From Candidatus Hodarchaeota archaeon (GTDB lineage: Archaea > Asgardarchaeota > Heimdallarchaeia > Hodarchaeales > Hodarchaeaceae), in contig JAEOTQ010000189.1 of the NCBI GenBank assembly GCA_016839785.1, positions 1-54,134 on the forward strand: DNA of 54,134 bases, written 5' to 3'. A program made the position numbers and the translations under genes. Within the stretch, counting starts at the first letter, position 1; the number at the start of each line of letters is the position of its first letter. The notes below the pieces were generated by a model. It had not been told where the DNA came from and did not search any database. It saw only the letters and a program-made list of their open reading frames with translations. This document shows, one piece after another, positions 1 to 10,193 of the stretch.

Positions 1-1958
1 AAAGCGTAATTTTTAATTTACTAACAGGACTTCATCAACATATTGGTAATTGGCCTGGGAAAACGATTGAAAAAGCAGTTGGTTCAGTATTTCATGAAGG
101 ATATGAGATCGAGATAATAGATTTGCCAGGGATTTACTCCTTGAGTACCTATTCTCTTGAAGAGATTATTTCACGTGAATTCATTATTACAGAAAAGCCT
201 GATGTTATTATTAATGTTGTTGATGGCTCTATTTTGGAACGAAATTTGTTCTTCACTTTACAGTTGATGGAACTAAATACTCCATTGATCTTGTTAGTCA
301 ATCAAATGGATATAGCAAAGAGTAAAGGAATTATAATAGATTTTAGGAAACTAGAGACAGCATTAGGTTTTCCTGTGATTCCAACTATAGCTACAAGAGG
401 AATTGGATTTAAAAGAGTTATAGAGAACATTGTAGCAATTTACAAGGGGATAAAAAAGGGCGATGCCAAAACAATATTTTATGGCCCTGAACTTGAAACT
501 CAAATTAGTAAGGTTCAAAAAGTACTAGAGATAAATAAACTACTCCCCACTTATCCTAAAAGGTGGCTTGCTCTCAAAATATTAGAAGAAGATGAAGAAA
601 TACTTAAACAAATACAAAGAGAACAGAAAGCTCCCCTCCAGCATTTTATAATAGATCAGAAACAACCAGAAGAGTATACTGATATCCTAGCTTTTAGTAA
701 GTCATTAATTAGTTCATTAGAGGAATTTCATGGTCATTCGTGTGGATCACTAATTACTTCAGAAAGATATGAGTTCGTGAATTGCATTATAAACGAGGTT
801 CAACAAATAAAAGCTGAAATTGCTCCCTCTCTTGGAGAACGCATTGATTCAATCATTCTTCATCCAGTTCTTGGTTATTTTATTTTATTTGTATTTGTGA
901 CTTCACTTTTACTTGGAGTGTTTTATATCGGGGATACTGTCTCCAGTTCACTGTTAGTTTTATTTGAAAATATGAAACCTTTCTATGTTAATATTTTCGG
1001 AGAAGCACTTCCATCAGAATTCATATGGGCTTCCATGGAAGGTTTCATGGGTGGTATCTCGATCGCGTTACCGTATATACTTCCTTTTTATTTAATCTTG
1101 GGCGTTTTAGAGGATTCAGGTTATATGACTCGAATTGCTTTCCTGATGGATCGTCTGATGCATACCATCGGATTACATGGAAAAGCTTTCATTCCCTGTA
1201 TGTTAGGAATCGGATGTAATGTACCTGCTTGTCTGGGTTGCCGCATACTGGAGCGTCAACGCGATCGAACACTGGCTATATTCATTGTCACTTTAATACC
1301 CTGTACTGCACAGACACTCATTATCTTCGCACTAGTAGGAAGATATATGGGATTTCATTGGGTTCTCCTTCTTTATTTGTTAAATTTGTTGGTTATCATT
1401 ATTTTAGGGAAATTAGCTCTGAAAATACTTCCTGGAGAACCTATGGGTCTTATTATGGAAATGGTTTTCTTAAAAAAGCCAAATACAAAAGTAGTACTAA
1501 TCCAAACATGGTTTAGACTTAAAGAGTTCATTTTTATTGCATTACCGTTGATAATCCTTGGGAACATAATTCTAAAAGCTTTGGAAATTTATGAGCTCTT
1601 AGACATAATAAATACTGTATTATCACCAGTAACTGTGACTTTGTTGGAACTTCCTGAAGAAATCGGAATTGCACTCATTTTTGGTATTTTTCGGAAGGAA
1701 TTAGCTGTCATTTTACTTGGAACCCTCTTTGGAACAATGGATTTTGCTAGTGTGATGAGTCCTGTTCAGATGATTGTATTTTCAATTGTTACCATGTTCT
1801 ATATTCCTTGTATTGCAGCAATTGCTGCTTTAAGGAGAGAATTGAGATGGAAAAAAACATTGGCTATAGTGGGATTTGAAATTTCATTCGCGATTATTCT
1901 CGGAGCTGTTGTGAGCAGAGTGTTTCATCTTTCTAGCGATCTGGGCTTGATATTCTAG
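1..1958 (+). CDS. feoB: Ferrous iron transport protein B (5'-truncated by the window edge)
   Basis: Frame is open from base 3 (SVIFNLLTGLHQHIGNWPGKTIEK...DLPGIYSL). FeoB G-domain motifs are present, followed by membrane gate domains with LEDSGYMTR and GIGCNVPA. Confidence 0.96.
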   Translation, partial: SVIFNLLTGLHQHIGNWPGKTIEKAVGSVFHEGYEIEIIDLPGIYSLSTYSLEEIISREFIITEKPDVIINVVDGSILERNLFFTLQLMELNTPLILLVNQMDIAKSKGIIIDFRKLETALGFPVIPTIATRGIGFKRVIENIVAIYKGIKKGDAKTIFYGPELETQISKVQKVLEINKLLPTYPKRWLALKILEEDEEILKQIQREQKAPLQHFIIDQKQPEEYTDILAFSKSLISSLEEFHGHSCGSLITSERYEFVNCIINEVQQIKAEIAPSLGERIDSIILHPVLGYFILFVFVTSLLLGVFYIGDTVSSSLLVLFENMKPFYVNIFGEALPSEFIWASMEGFMGGISIALPYILPFYLILGVLEDSGYMTRIAFLMDRLMHTIGLHGKAFIPCMLGIGCNVPACLGCRILERQRDRTLAIFIVTLIPCTAQTLIIFALVGRYMGFHWVLLLYLLNLLVIIILGKLALKILPGEPMGLIMEMVFLKKPNTKVVLIQTWFRLKEFIFIALPLIILGNIILKALEIYELLDIINTVLSPVTVTLLELPEEIGIALIFGIFRKELAVILLGTLFGTMDFASVMSPVQMIVFSIVTMFYIPCIAAIAALRRELRWKKTLAIVGFEISFAIILGAVVSRVFHLSSDLGLIF

Positions 1959-2167
1959 CTTTATCAAAACAGTTAATATAAGCACTTGAAGCAATCTAGG
2001 GAGGAAGAGAATTAATGCTGAAATTCATATATCAGGGTAAGATGATTCTGGAATCACTGAAGAAATCATTCTAGAACAGAATTGATACTGAAAACTTGAT
2101 TAATATTAAGTAGAATGAAAAATAACTTTCGTTCTGAGGCTGATATTTCCTATTGATAAATCATAAT

Positions 2168-2503
2168 TTATTCAATGTTTTCTAATAATTTTCGTAATGT
2201 AGTAACATACGTTTTAAACACATTTGTCCCTTCACTAGTGATCTCGACAATCGTCAATGGTCTCCATGAAATAACTTTGCGTATTGAAACATAACCCAGT
2301 TTTTTCAGCTTTCTAAGGTGATAATCAAGATTACCTGGTGTTAATTTAAGTAGGCGTTGTAGTTCACTAAAACCAACACTTCTATTAAGATAGAGTAGGA
2401 ATAAAATACTGAATCGTGGTTGTTTAGCAATATCTTCATTTTCACGAAGTGTAATATGATACGAGACCAGAGTTGCCTCTTCTGTATCTCTCGACTGATC
2501 CAT
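2168..2503 (-). CDS. Winged-helix transcriptional regulator (ArsR/HTH_34-like)
   Basis: FSELQRLLKLTPGNLDYHLRKLKKLGYV motif; overlaps the stop codon of the upstream membrane protein gene. Confidence 0.85.
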   Translation of the reverse strand: MDQSRDTEEATLVSYHITLRENEDIAKQPRFSILFLLYLNRSVGFSELQRLLKLTPGNLDYHLRKLKKLGYVSIRKVISWRPLTIVEITSEGTNVFKTYVTTLRKLLENIE

Positions 2504-3156
2504 TAGAAATTCCCATCGAGAATTTTTCCTGCCATATACATCGAATAAAATCCCCCTGACAAAAAGCTATATGCGAAAACAATGGCTGTGGATATTTGAG
2601 CAAGAACTATTAAATCTAGAAATACCATTAATGTTAAAGGAATCGATGACATAAGAAGAACAGTTCCTGATATCAGTAGTTCTTTGTATCTCCCATGAAT
2701 TTTTTCTAGAAGCAGATAGGAGAATATTAGTGCAATACTGCTTACTACTACGTATGAAACTATATGAAATGGTGCTATGATAAAATTCGGAATCTGAAAT
2801 AAGATAAACCATGTTAACCCTAGGAGGATCCCATGATAATGCCCAATAATAGACGAGGGTTCATCTTCTTCTTTAGTTCTTAGGGTCAATTTTGGGACTG
2901 AGAGAAAGATGTAAAGAGTAAAACTTGTACCGAATAATACACATAAACCTGTAGCTAAAAATTTTAAAAATATTTCCTCTACATCCAATAGAATGGATAA
3001 TTGGGTATTCAGCGTAAATATCGTTATTGTTAATGGCAGTAAGATGCCCCAGATAATCATTACTTTCCCCCATGCTCTACGGTACATGTAATCTGAATAT
3101 CTATCAATAATCAGGAAAGTATCACTTATATTTCCTAGATTTTTCATTATTCTCAC
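2503..3156 (-). CDS. Hypothetical multi-pass membrane protein
   Basis: About 6 hydrophobic segments; translationally coupled to the HTH gene. Confidence 0.7.
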   Translation of the reverse strand: MRIMKNLGNISDTFLIIDRYSDYMYRRAWGKVMIIWGILLPLTITIFTLNTQLSILLDVEEIFLKFLATGLCVLFGTSFTLYIFLSVPKLTLRTKEEDEPSSIIGHYHGILLGLTWFILFQIPNFIIAPFHIVSYVVVSSIALIFSYLLLEKIHGRYKELLISGTVLLMSSIPLTLMVFLDLIVLAQISTAIVFAYSFLSGGFYSMYMAGKILDGNF

Positions 3157-3521
3157 AGGCTTGTTATTATCATATATCTATATAACTACATGTCCTATTC
3201 TGCGTTACAAAGCTAATTTGCATTTAAGATCTAACTGAATTAACCAGAACAAAAAGAACACATTACCTTCTGACACTCTTTCAAAGAAGAATTTATCTTC
3301 CTGAATTGTATTTTAAGAGGATATGTTCCTTCATTAAAAAATATGGACTGTAGGTTGATAATCTACATCAATGAACCGTTTTACATTATTTATTAGGGTA
3401 GATAATTTATCCGTATTAATTCTGTAATCCAGAGTTTGTTTCTGTGTTACAGAAATTAAACCTATCTTAAAAAGATTAGTGGTAGTATTGTTTTAGATGC
3501 TTAAAAAAGGTGAAATTAAAA

Positions 3522-4472
3522 ATGAATGCCATTGTCGTTAAGAATCTAATAAAAGATTATGAAGAAATAAATATTTTGAATAGAATTAATTTAATTATTG
3601 AGGAAGGGGAATTCTTCACTCTGATGGGTCCTAATGGATCAGGAAAATCAACTCTGGTTTCCATCATTACTGGAACAACACTTCCGACTCAAGGAGCTGT
3701 TAACATTCATGGTTCCGATATATTTGACGAACCGAATAAAGTAAAATCCCTAATCGGCTATGTACCTCAGGAAAATTTTACTAGTCCACGTTTAACGGGT
3801 AAAGAAAACCTACTCTACTTCGCCCAGCTTTCTGGACTAAGTAAAAAAGCTGCAAAAGAATGGACGAAAGTAGTACTAGAAAAAATGGGACTTTCTGATG
3901 ATGCAAGCAAATTAGTATCAAAATATAGTGGGGGGATGCGTAAACGACTTGAGGTAGCTACAGCTCTTGTACCTGGTATTAAAATTCTTATATTAGACGA
4001 ACCAACGACAGGTTTCGATCCTGCAGCCAGAAAAATGTTATTAGATTCATTACTAGAGATTAACCGAGAGGGTATGACCATTTTTCTTGTTACACATATT
4101 GGTGAAGATGCAGAAGTTGCTAAAATTGTAGCTTTTATGAAGAATGGCGAAATAATTGTGCAAGATAGCCCAAGTGCATTAAAAACAAAGTTTAAGGAGC
4201 AGAATGCCATTGACATCAAATTACACATAAGAAATAGTGATATTCATAGAGCACTGGAACGCATTAACAAAGGTAGGAGGGTAATAGAGACAAAAGAGGG
4301 CTATAAAGTCTACTGCGAAAGTCCTGAAGAAATCTTTCCCTTAATACTTAGTTACCTGAATGATATTGGATGTTCTGCAAGTAAATTTGAGCTGAATCCC
4401 CCATCCCTTGAGGATATTTTCTTCTTTCATACACAGGAGAAGACACAAAAAAAGAAGGAGGAAGAAAAATGA
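3522..4472 (+). CDS. ABC transporter ATP-binding protein (ABC-2/DrrA-type exporter)
   Basis: Walker A GPNGSGKS, signature YSGGMRKR, Walker B ILILDEPT. ATG at 3522 follows a GGTGA RBS. Confidence 0.93.
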   Translation: MNAIVVKNLIKDYEEINILNRINLIIEEGEFFTLMGPNGSGKSTLVSIITGTTLPTQGAVNIHGSDIFDEPNKVKSLIGYVPQENFTSPRLTGKENLLYFAQLSGLSKKAAKEWTKVVLEKMGLSDDASKLVSKYSGGMRKRLEVATALVPGIKILILDEPTTGFDPAARKMLLDSLLEINREGMTIFLVTHIGEDAEVAKIVAFMKNGEIIVQDSPSALKTKFKEQNAIDIKLHIRNSDIHRALERINKGRRVIETKEGYKVYCESPEEIFPLILSYLNDIGCSASKFELNPPSLEDIFFFHTQEKTQKKKEEEK

Positions 4473-5236
4473 ATCAATTTTTTGCAGTATATAGTAAATC
4501 TCTCAAGGAATATATGAGGGATAAGGTGATTATAGGATCTACAATTGGAACGCCTTTATTATTCATATTTTTACTTCCTATTGTATTTTTTGGAAATATC
4601 CCTCAAGATTTTTTACCTACTCTAAAGGGTATGAATACTTTAGCACAAATCACATTAACTATTATGATTATTGGACAATCCAATCTCTCTGGTTCCATTG
4701 TTGCTGATAGAGAACGTGGTCTTTACAGAAAAATTGCTTCTCTGCCGCTTAATCCCGTTAAAGAAGTTCTAGGTAGAATTTTCGCCTCTTTGGTCTTCAG
4801 TATAATTGGGACATTCTTTCTCTTTATTATTGGTTATCTATACGGTGCAGAATTCAGAATTAATGTAATAGATCTAATAGTTGCAGTATTCTTCCTACTA
4901 TTAATCTTTGTAGCCTCTACAGGGATAGGTTTAATTATATCATCGGTTATTAATGGAGAATCAGCTGCAACGCATCTAGGGATTGGTATAAGCTTATTAA
5001 TATTTTTCATTGGAATAGGCATACCATACACCCAATTACCATCTCAATTACAGGATTTTTCTCGGATAAATCCATTAACTGCCGCTTTTGCACCTGTAGT
5101 ATATTTACTCGAAGGTCCAGGTGTGCTTGGGTATAATCCATTTACATTTGTTCAAATAACATCTACCATAATATTATCGACTCTTTTATTTGGTATTGGC
5201 CTCTATTTTTACAAAAATGTAGCTTGGAGAAAATGA
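4469..5236 (+). CDS. ABC-2 type transporter permease
   Basis: Six hydrophobic segments, DRERG and NPLT motifs; ATGA overlap with the ATPase gene. Confidence 0.9.
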   Translation: MNQFFAVYSKSLKEYMRDKVIIGSTIGTPLLFIFLLPIVFFGNIPQDFLPTLKGMNTLAQITLTIMIIGQSNLSGSIVADRERGLYRKIASLPLNPVKEVLGRIFASLVFSIIGTFFLFIIGYLYGAEFRINVIDLIVAVFFLLLIFVASTGIGLIISSVINGESAATHLGIGISLLIFFIGIGIPYTQLPSQLQDFSRINPLTAAFAPVVYLLEGPGVLGYNPFTFVQITSTIILSTLLFGIGLYFYKNVAWRK

Positions 5237-5305
5237 TAATCCAAATATGGAGCTTTTAGTACAGGGTCGAATTGGGGGTGTCAGTTTCTAATCAAAACTG
5301 CCCTG

Positions 5306-5854
5306 CTATTCTCCACTGGTTTTTTTGAATGTAAAAATTCCATTTTTCTCTCCAATGAATACCATAGAACCATCTTCAATCCAGGTAATCAATTGCTTTC
5401 TTGAAGATTTGATCGATATATACCCCTTTTTTCGTAATACTCTTTTTAATTCTGTTAAAATATTCTTAAACGCCAGTTCATTACGTAAGATTCTTGGTAC
5501 CCCGAAAAGAAATGCTAAATCAATACTCTGGTCAGGTAGTCCAGTACTCGCTGCATCAGCAGCAATAAGTGTAATATTCCTCCGATTTCTTTTATTTATT
5601 TTCAGTTGTACTCTTTTAATTGCTAATGGGTGATTATCTAAGGCATAAACTGTCCCTGTATCCCCTACAATTTTGGAGCAGGGAATTGTGAAATAGCCTG
5701 GTCCACACCCAATTTCCAAAACATTCTGCCCAGATTTAACACCTGCATTTTTTAGAGTTTCATAAGGATTACCAAATCTTCTTCGGAGTGGATTATCGTG
5801 AATCATAGACATTATCCAAAATGCCCAATTGGATCCATGCTTATCATTTTGCAT
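5306..5854 (-). CDS. Class I SAM-dependent methyltransferase
   Basis: VLEIGCGPG motif I, GLPDQSIDLAF, and ELKRVLRKKG post-motif. Confidence 0.88.
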   Translation of the reverse strand: MQNDKHGSNWAFWIMSMIHDNPLRRRFGNPYETLKNAGVKSGQNVLEIGCGPGYFTIPCSKIVGDTGTVYALDNHPLAIKRVQLKINKRNRRNITLIAADAASTGLPDQSIDLAFLFGVPRILRNELAFKNILTELKRVLRKKGYISIKSSRKQLITWIEDGSMVFIGEKNGIFTFKKTSGE

Positions 5855-5886
5855 GGTTATTTTGTTCGTGTGAATGGCGTAAAAAG

Positions 5887-5906
5887 TTTTGCATATTTAT
5901 GCAAAA
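5887..5906. promoter_or_regulatory. Perfect inverted repeat, candidate operator in a divergent promoter
   Basis: TTTTGCATA-TT-TATGCAAAA between divergent genes. Confidence 0.45.
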
Positions 5907-6146
5907 GTCCTTTCACTAAGAACTTTTAGTTGAATTCTACGACATTAAGAAAAAAGAGGGCTAGTTATCTAAAAATCCGTCTAACTTTCTTTTTTTTCAG
6001 ATAATTCCGCTAGCCTTTCCTCAATTAGTTCAATTTCCTTTTTCCTAACAATATTCTTTCTTGTCCTTAGCAATCTTAAGAGGAAGAGAATCCACACGGA
6101 GACTCATATCCTGGGTTCGACGATAAAGTTATTCATTATCTCCCTA

Positions 6147-7886
6147 TTGATAGGCTTTTTTGTAGGACAGGAAGAGATATTACTTTCATTCACGCTACCA
6201 TTCGATTTATCTTATTTAAATTTTGAAAGTTTCGTTTTAATAATTACGTTATTGTTTGGAATATTTTTAAATAGTTTAAAATTATCTTTATTTAAAAATT
6301 ATGGATTTGATGGATATCAAGCCTTTATAAAGAGCCTTTTCCGTGGTTTTTGGGTGATGGGAGTCACTCTTTATCTTTTAGTTGCATTTGATGTTTTACA
6401 GGAAGAAACACCCATCTTTGGATCACATTGGGAGATCTATATTTTCTACTTTCTAGTGACTTACCTTGCAATATCCTTCCTACCTTTTTCACATAATTCT
6501 CTCTCAAATTTAATCCATAAACGAAATTCACTAGTGAATTTCCGTGATAGTGCCCTTGGAACCTCTTTGACACTAATTATCCTCGATTTCATCTTTAATG
6601 AATTATCTGATCCATTTTGGAATTCATTGCTTCCGTTCCTCTTTTTAACTTCAATAATCTTGTTAATTATTCGAGATGAGGAAATACCATATCTGGAAAA
6701 ATTGTACGATAAATCATTAACCAAAACTAAAGAAATGGCAGATAAATTGAACAGTTCAGAGTTTCAAGTAGCGGAGGATGTTTTCATTCCAAAGAAAACT
6801 CTTGATATCATAAAGAAGGGATCTTCCAATCTTTCAGCTAATAAAAACTCAATATTAATCCCAGTAAGCATATCTCAAGACATCGTCACCGTTGAAGCTC
6901 TTGGTGATTTATCCTTAAATGTAAAAGACTCACTAGGTCGTATGAAAAAAGAGTCCACCGGAAAAACTACATTTATGATTTCTAGAAAGGAATGGCAAGA
7001 CCTTTCTCGGCGAATGAAGGTTGAAAAACTCGATAGTCTGGATTTATCAAAGCTTAGACTAGGTATTTTAACTAAAGATGAATTAATTGATGATATTAAG
7101 TCATCCTTCCAGCTTTACAAGGAAAAATTCAATACCATGGGAATAGATCGAATCGAAGCCAATTTGCAGATGATTAAAGGCAAATATAATATGAATGTTA
7201 GTGAGTCGAAAACTGAATTCAATTTTCCTGGAATAAAGTTAATTGATGAAAAAGATTCAATGTTATTTAAAATGGGGTCGATAGAAGCTATTGATGTAAA
7301 GAGAGAATTACCTAACGAGCAAAAAGCCAAATATTTCAACATAAAATTGCCATTTATAACAGCCTCAGAAATAGAGCATGATAGTAGATATTTTGCGATC
7401 AATATGCCTTTTGTCTCTGCCTTGGAAACTCCCAAAGGTATGATGATGAACATTTTCGGCTTTGATGTAACAGATGGGGACAAGCAAGCTATTCTGAACG
7501 ATTTGGATCGAATGCTTGGAGTTCAAGCAAAATTTCATGATTATTATCATTTTAGAATGTCAAATGTGCTATCTGTTGAAAAAAATCCAAATTTTGTCTT
7601 AACACAGAATAAAAATGACACTGATCCGAAGCTGCTTTTGGCTGGATCTGATGATTCCTTTTATATCGATGAAGAACTGCCAGATAGCGTCTTTTCTGAA
7701 CCAAAGCTGATTGAAGCCGTATCCACAGATTCTTCTATGATTATAGATATTGCTGAAGAGGACATTACAATGTTGGACGATGAAATGATTAAGAGAGAAA
7801 ACAATTTTAGAATCTGTTTAGATTTAAAGTTAGAGAAATTAATCAAAAGAATTGATAGTATTACTAAGAATGAATTCATTGAGTAA
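6147..7886 (+). CDS. Hypothetical membrane protein with a large soluble C-terminal region; the true gene probably spans 5930-7988 with two lesions
   Basis: N-terminal TM helices. Frame is open upstream to a T8 run at 5990-5997, and continues past TAA 7884-7886 as MGFDTNKEFLQWLSELPDD...GK. Confidence 0.65.
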   Translation: MIGFFVGQEEILLSFTLPFDLSYLNFESFVLIITLLFGIFLNSLKLSLFKNYGFDGYQAFIKSLFRGFWVMGVTLYLLVAFDVLQEETPIFGSHWEIYIFYFLVTYLAISFLPFSHNSLSNLIHKRNSLVNFRDSALGTSLTLIILDFIFNELSDPFWNSLLPFLFLTSIILLIIRDEEIPYLEKLYDKSLTKTKEMADKLNSSEFQVAEDVFIPKKTLDIIKKGSSNLSANKNSILIPVSISQDIVTVEALGDLSLNVKDSLGRMKKESTGKTTFMISRKEWQDLSRRMKVEKLDSLDLSKLRLGILTKDELIDDIKSSFQLYKEKFNTMGIDRIEANLQMIKGKYNMNVSESKTEFNFPGIKLIDEKDSMLFKMGSIEAIDVKRELPNEQKAKYFNIKLPFITASEIEHDSRYFAINMPFVSALETPKGMMMNIFGFDVTDGDKQAILNDLDRMLGVQAKFHDYYHFRMSNVLSVEKNPNFVLTQNKNDTDPKLLLAGSDDSFYIDEELPDSVFSEPKLIEAVSTDSSMIIDIAEEDITMLDDEMIKRENNFRICLDLKLEKLIKRIDSITKNEFIE

Positions 7887-8009
7887 ATGGGATTTGATAC
7901 CAATAAAGAATTCCTACAATGGTTATCTGAGCTCCCTGATGATATACCCATCAGAGTAGAGAAGGATATTGTGTATTTTGGAAAATGAAATAGATCGTTT
8001 AAAGGAGAT

Positions 8010-9059
8010 TTGTTGGAAATGGAATATGAAATTAAGATATTTGACCCTAAAAGTGCTTCAGATGCATTATGGGATAGTTTTTTGAGTTTAGAAGAAGAAA
8101 AATATCATGAAGAATATCCAGATGATCCTATTCCTGCAAAAGAAGAAACAAAAAAAACATTTCTATTCCCTAGTCCAAGATATACGAATATTTACTGGAT
8201 TGCACATCCCGAGGGAAAAGAAAATATACTTGGTTCTGCCAGCTTAATGATTTACGAAAAAAACCAGCCGTCTTATGAACAAAATAAGCATATGGCATTT
8301 TTACATATTGCCGTGAGGAAAAAATATCGTCGAAAAGGAATTGCGACCTCGATTCTGAAAAAAAACTTAGATTGGTTGAAACAGAATAGTAAAACCGTTC
8401 TACAAGGTGGTAGTCAACTGGAATCCGGAAAATTGTATTGTGCTTCTCTAAATGGAAAAAAAGCAATGACTGAAGAGGAAAGTCGACTATCACTAGACAA
8501 TATGAATTGGGATATGTTAAATGAGTGGAAGAATTCTGGTAGCCAACGAGCTAAAGGAGTAACGCTTGAGCAGTTCGAACAGGTTCCAGAAGAAGATATT
8601 GAAGAATTTTGTCAGCTTTTCACTGAAACCCTTAATCTGATACCCAGAGGGGAGTTAGAATGGGAAGCTAAAGAAACTCCTGAGGTACGAAAAGCCACAG
8701 AAGAACGACTTGCTAAATTAAAAACTACAAGAACAACCTTCGTCTCGAGAGAAAGTGAGGGTATACTCAGTGGATTAACAGAGACATTTTTGTTCAATGA
8801 TCGTCCCACACTTCTCTACCAAGGATTAACAGGAGTAAAGAAGGAATATCAAGGGAAAGGTCTTGGTAAATGGCTAAAAGCAGAAATGCTTTTCTATTGT
8901 AAAAAGAAGTTTCCTAACATTAAATTTGTCGCAACTGATTTTGCTCTTGTAAATGAGCCAATGATTGCAATAAACAGGAAACTTGGATTCAAGCACTACA
9001 GAACATGGGTTGACTACAAGTTCGATGTGGAAGAACTAGCCAAAACGGTATTACGTTAA
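8010..9059 (+). CDS. Tandem GNAT-family N-acetyltransferase
   Basis: Two acetyl-CoA binding motifs (VRKKYRRKGIA and VKKEYQGKGLG) and NEPMIAINRKLGF. Confidence 0.9.
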   Translation: MLEMEYEIKIFDPKSASDALWDSFLSLEEEKYHEEYPDDPIPAKEETKKTFLFPSPRYTNIYWIAHPEGKENILGSASLMIYEKNQPSYEQNKHMAFLHIAVRKKYRRKGIATSILKKNLDWLKQNSKTVLQGGSQLESGKLYCASLNGKKAMTEEESRLSLDNMNWDMLNEWKNSGSQRAKGVTLEQFEQVPEEDIEEFCQLFTETLNLIPRGELEWEAKETPEVRKATEERLAKLKTTRTTFVSRESEGILSGLTETFLFNDRPTLLYQGLTGVKKEYQGKGLGKWLKAEMLFYCKKKFPNIKFVATDFALVNEPMIAINRKLGFKHYRTWVDYKFDVEELAKTVLR

Positions 9060-9109
9060 TCATTCAATGGTATCTAGGAAGTAACGTTAATGATTTCTTC
9101 TTATAAGTC

Positions 9110-9637
9110 CTAACCTAATTGAAAAGTCTTGATGTTACCCTCAGGATTTCTCATGCTGTTAAAAACTTGAATATATTGATCCTCAGTTAGATTGGGTTTT
9201 TCTGAAATCTTAAGATGTTCAGATAAGAACCCTAAGGATAGAACATTTACAGCTCCAGTTACTTTGTTTTCATCAGCCCGACGAGTAATTGGTACTCTAT
9301 GCATCTTACCTTTTGTGATTGTTTTTTCTGCAATATCATCGATTGAGTCGGTGTCAACATAAGATATCGTATTTTCAGAAATACATTCGGCAGCGCGCTC
9401 AAAACCTTTTTGATCAAGAGCGATAAAGTAATCTGCGTCTGCATCGCAATAAGGATACGCTATTGGTTCCGAACTAATAACTACGTCACTGAAAATCGGA
9501 CCACCCCTTACAGAAGGTGTATAATCAACAGTAAGTGTAGCGTTAAGATCAGCCGCCATTGCAACTCTTACTAGTGCACTACCAAGGAATTTTATTCCTT
9601 GCCCCCCACGTCCGGAGAAACGAAATTTTACTTTCAT
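9110..9637 (-). CDS. korC: 2-oxoacid:ferredoxin oxidoreductase gamma subunit
   Basis: RFSGRGGQG and DYTPSVRGGPIFSDVVIS motifs; divergent from the delta-alpha-beta genes. Confidence 0.85.
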   Translation of the reverse strand: MKVKFRFSGRGGQGIKFLGSALVRVAMAADLNATLTVDYTPSVRGGPIFSDVVISSEPIAYPYCDADADYFIALDQKGFERAAECISENTISYVDTDSIDDIAEKTITKGKMHRVPITRRADENKVTGAVNVLSLGFLSEHLKISEKPNLTEDQYIQVFNSMRNPEGNIKTFQLG

Positions 9638-9911
9638 AAGTCAGTCATTCCTATTATTTTAAGGTAATCTATTGCTTTTGCTTGAATAACTTCCGTGTCT
9701 TACTTAAATATTTTGGAGATAAAAGTAGTTATATTGTAAATATGAGTAATTATTTTGTAGATATGAATAATCTGTCATATGTCTTTGATCAAGAAACAGA
9801 TTTAAAAACCTCAACATCAAAACGTGAATACAATAAAGATGTATTTACTGGATGATCAAATCAATTTATAGATAACAATCTATTGTTCAAATACCAAGAA
9901 GAGGAAAAGAA

Positions 9912-10193
9912 ATGTTAAACTCGAAAAGAACACCTATGTTAGAGCCTCCAAAAGCCGACAAAGAGTATGAAATTAAAGTTTATACTGATATTTGTGATGG
10001 GTGTGAGTTATGTGTAGAATTTTGTCCATGTAATGTCTTAGAAATTGATATGGACTCCTTTAACAGCCGAATGCTTCACTATGTTAAGGCTAGTGCTCTG
10101 GATAAGTGTACAGGCTGTAAACAATGTGAACGAATATGTCCCACGGTATCAATCATGGTATTAGAAAAAGAAGTACCTCAGGAGGATAAATAA
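9912..10193 (+). CDS. korD: 2-oxoacid:ferredoxin oxidoreductase delta subunit (2[4Fe-4S] ferredoxin-like)
   Basis: Two CxxCxxCxxxCP motifs; directly upstream of the alpha subunit. Confidence 0.85.
   Translation: MLNSKRTPMLEPPKADKEYEIKVYTDICDGCELCVEFCPCNVLEIDMDSFNSRMLHYVKASALDKCTGCKQCERICPTVSIMVLEKEVPQEDK

Noticed and set aside
1959-2167. Short ORF (MLKFIYQGKMILESLKKSF) after a GGAGG-like sequence
   Set aside because: Only 19 codons, with no recognisable motif or other support.
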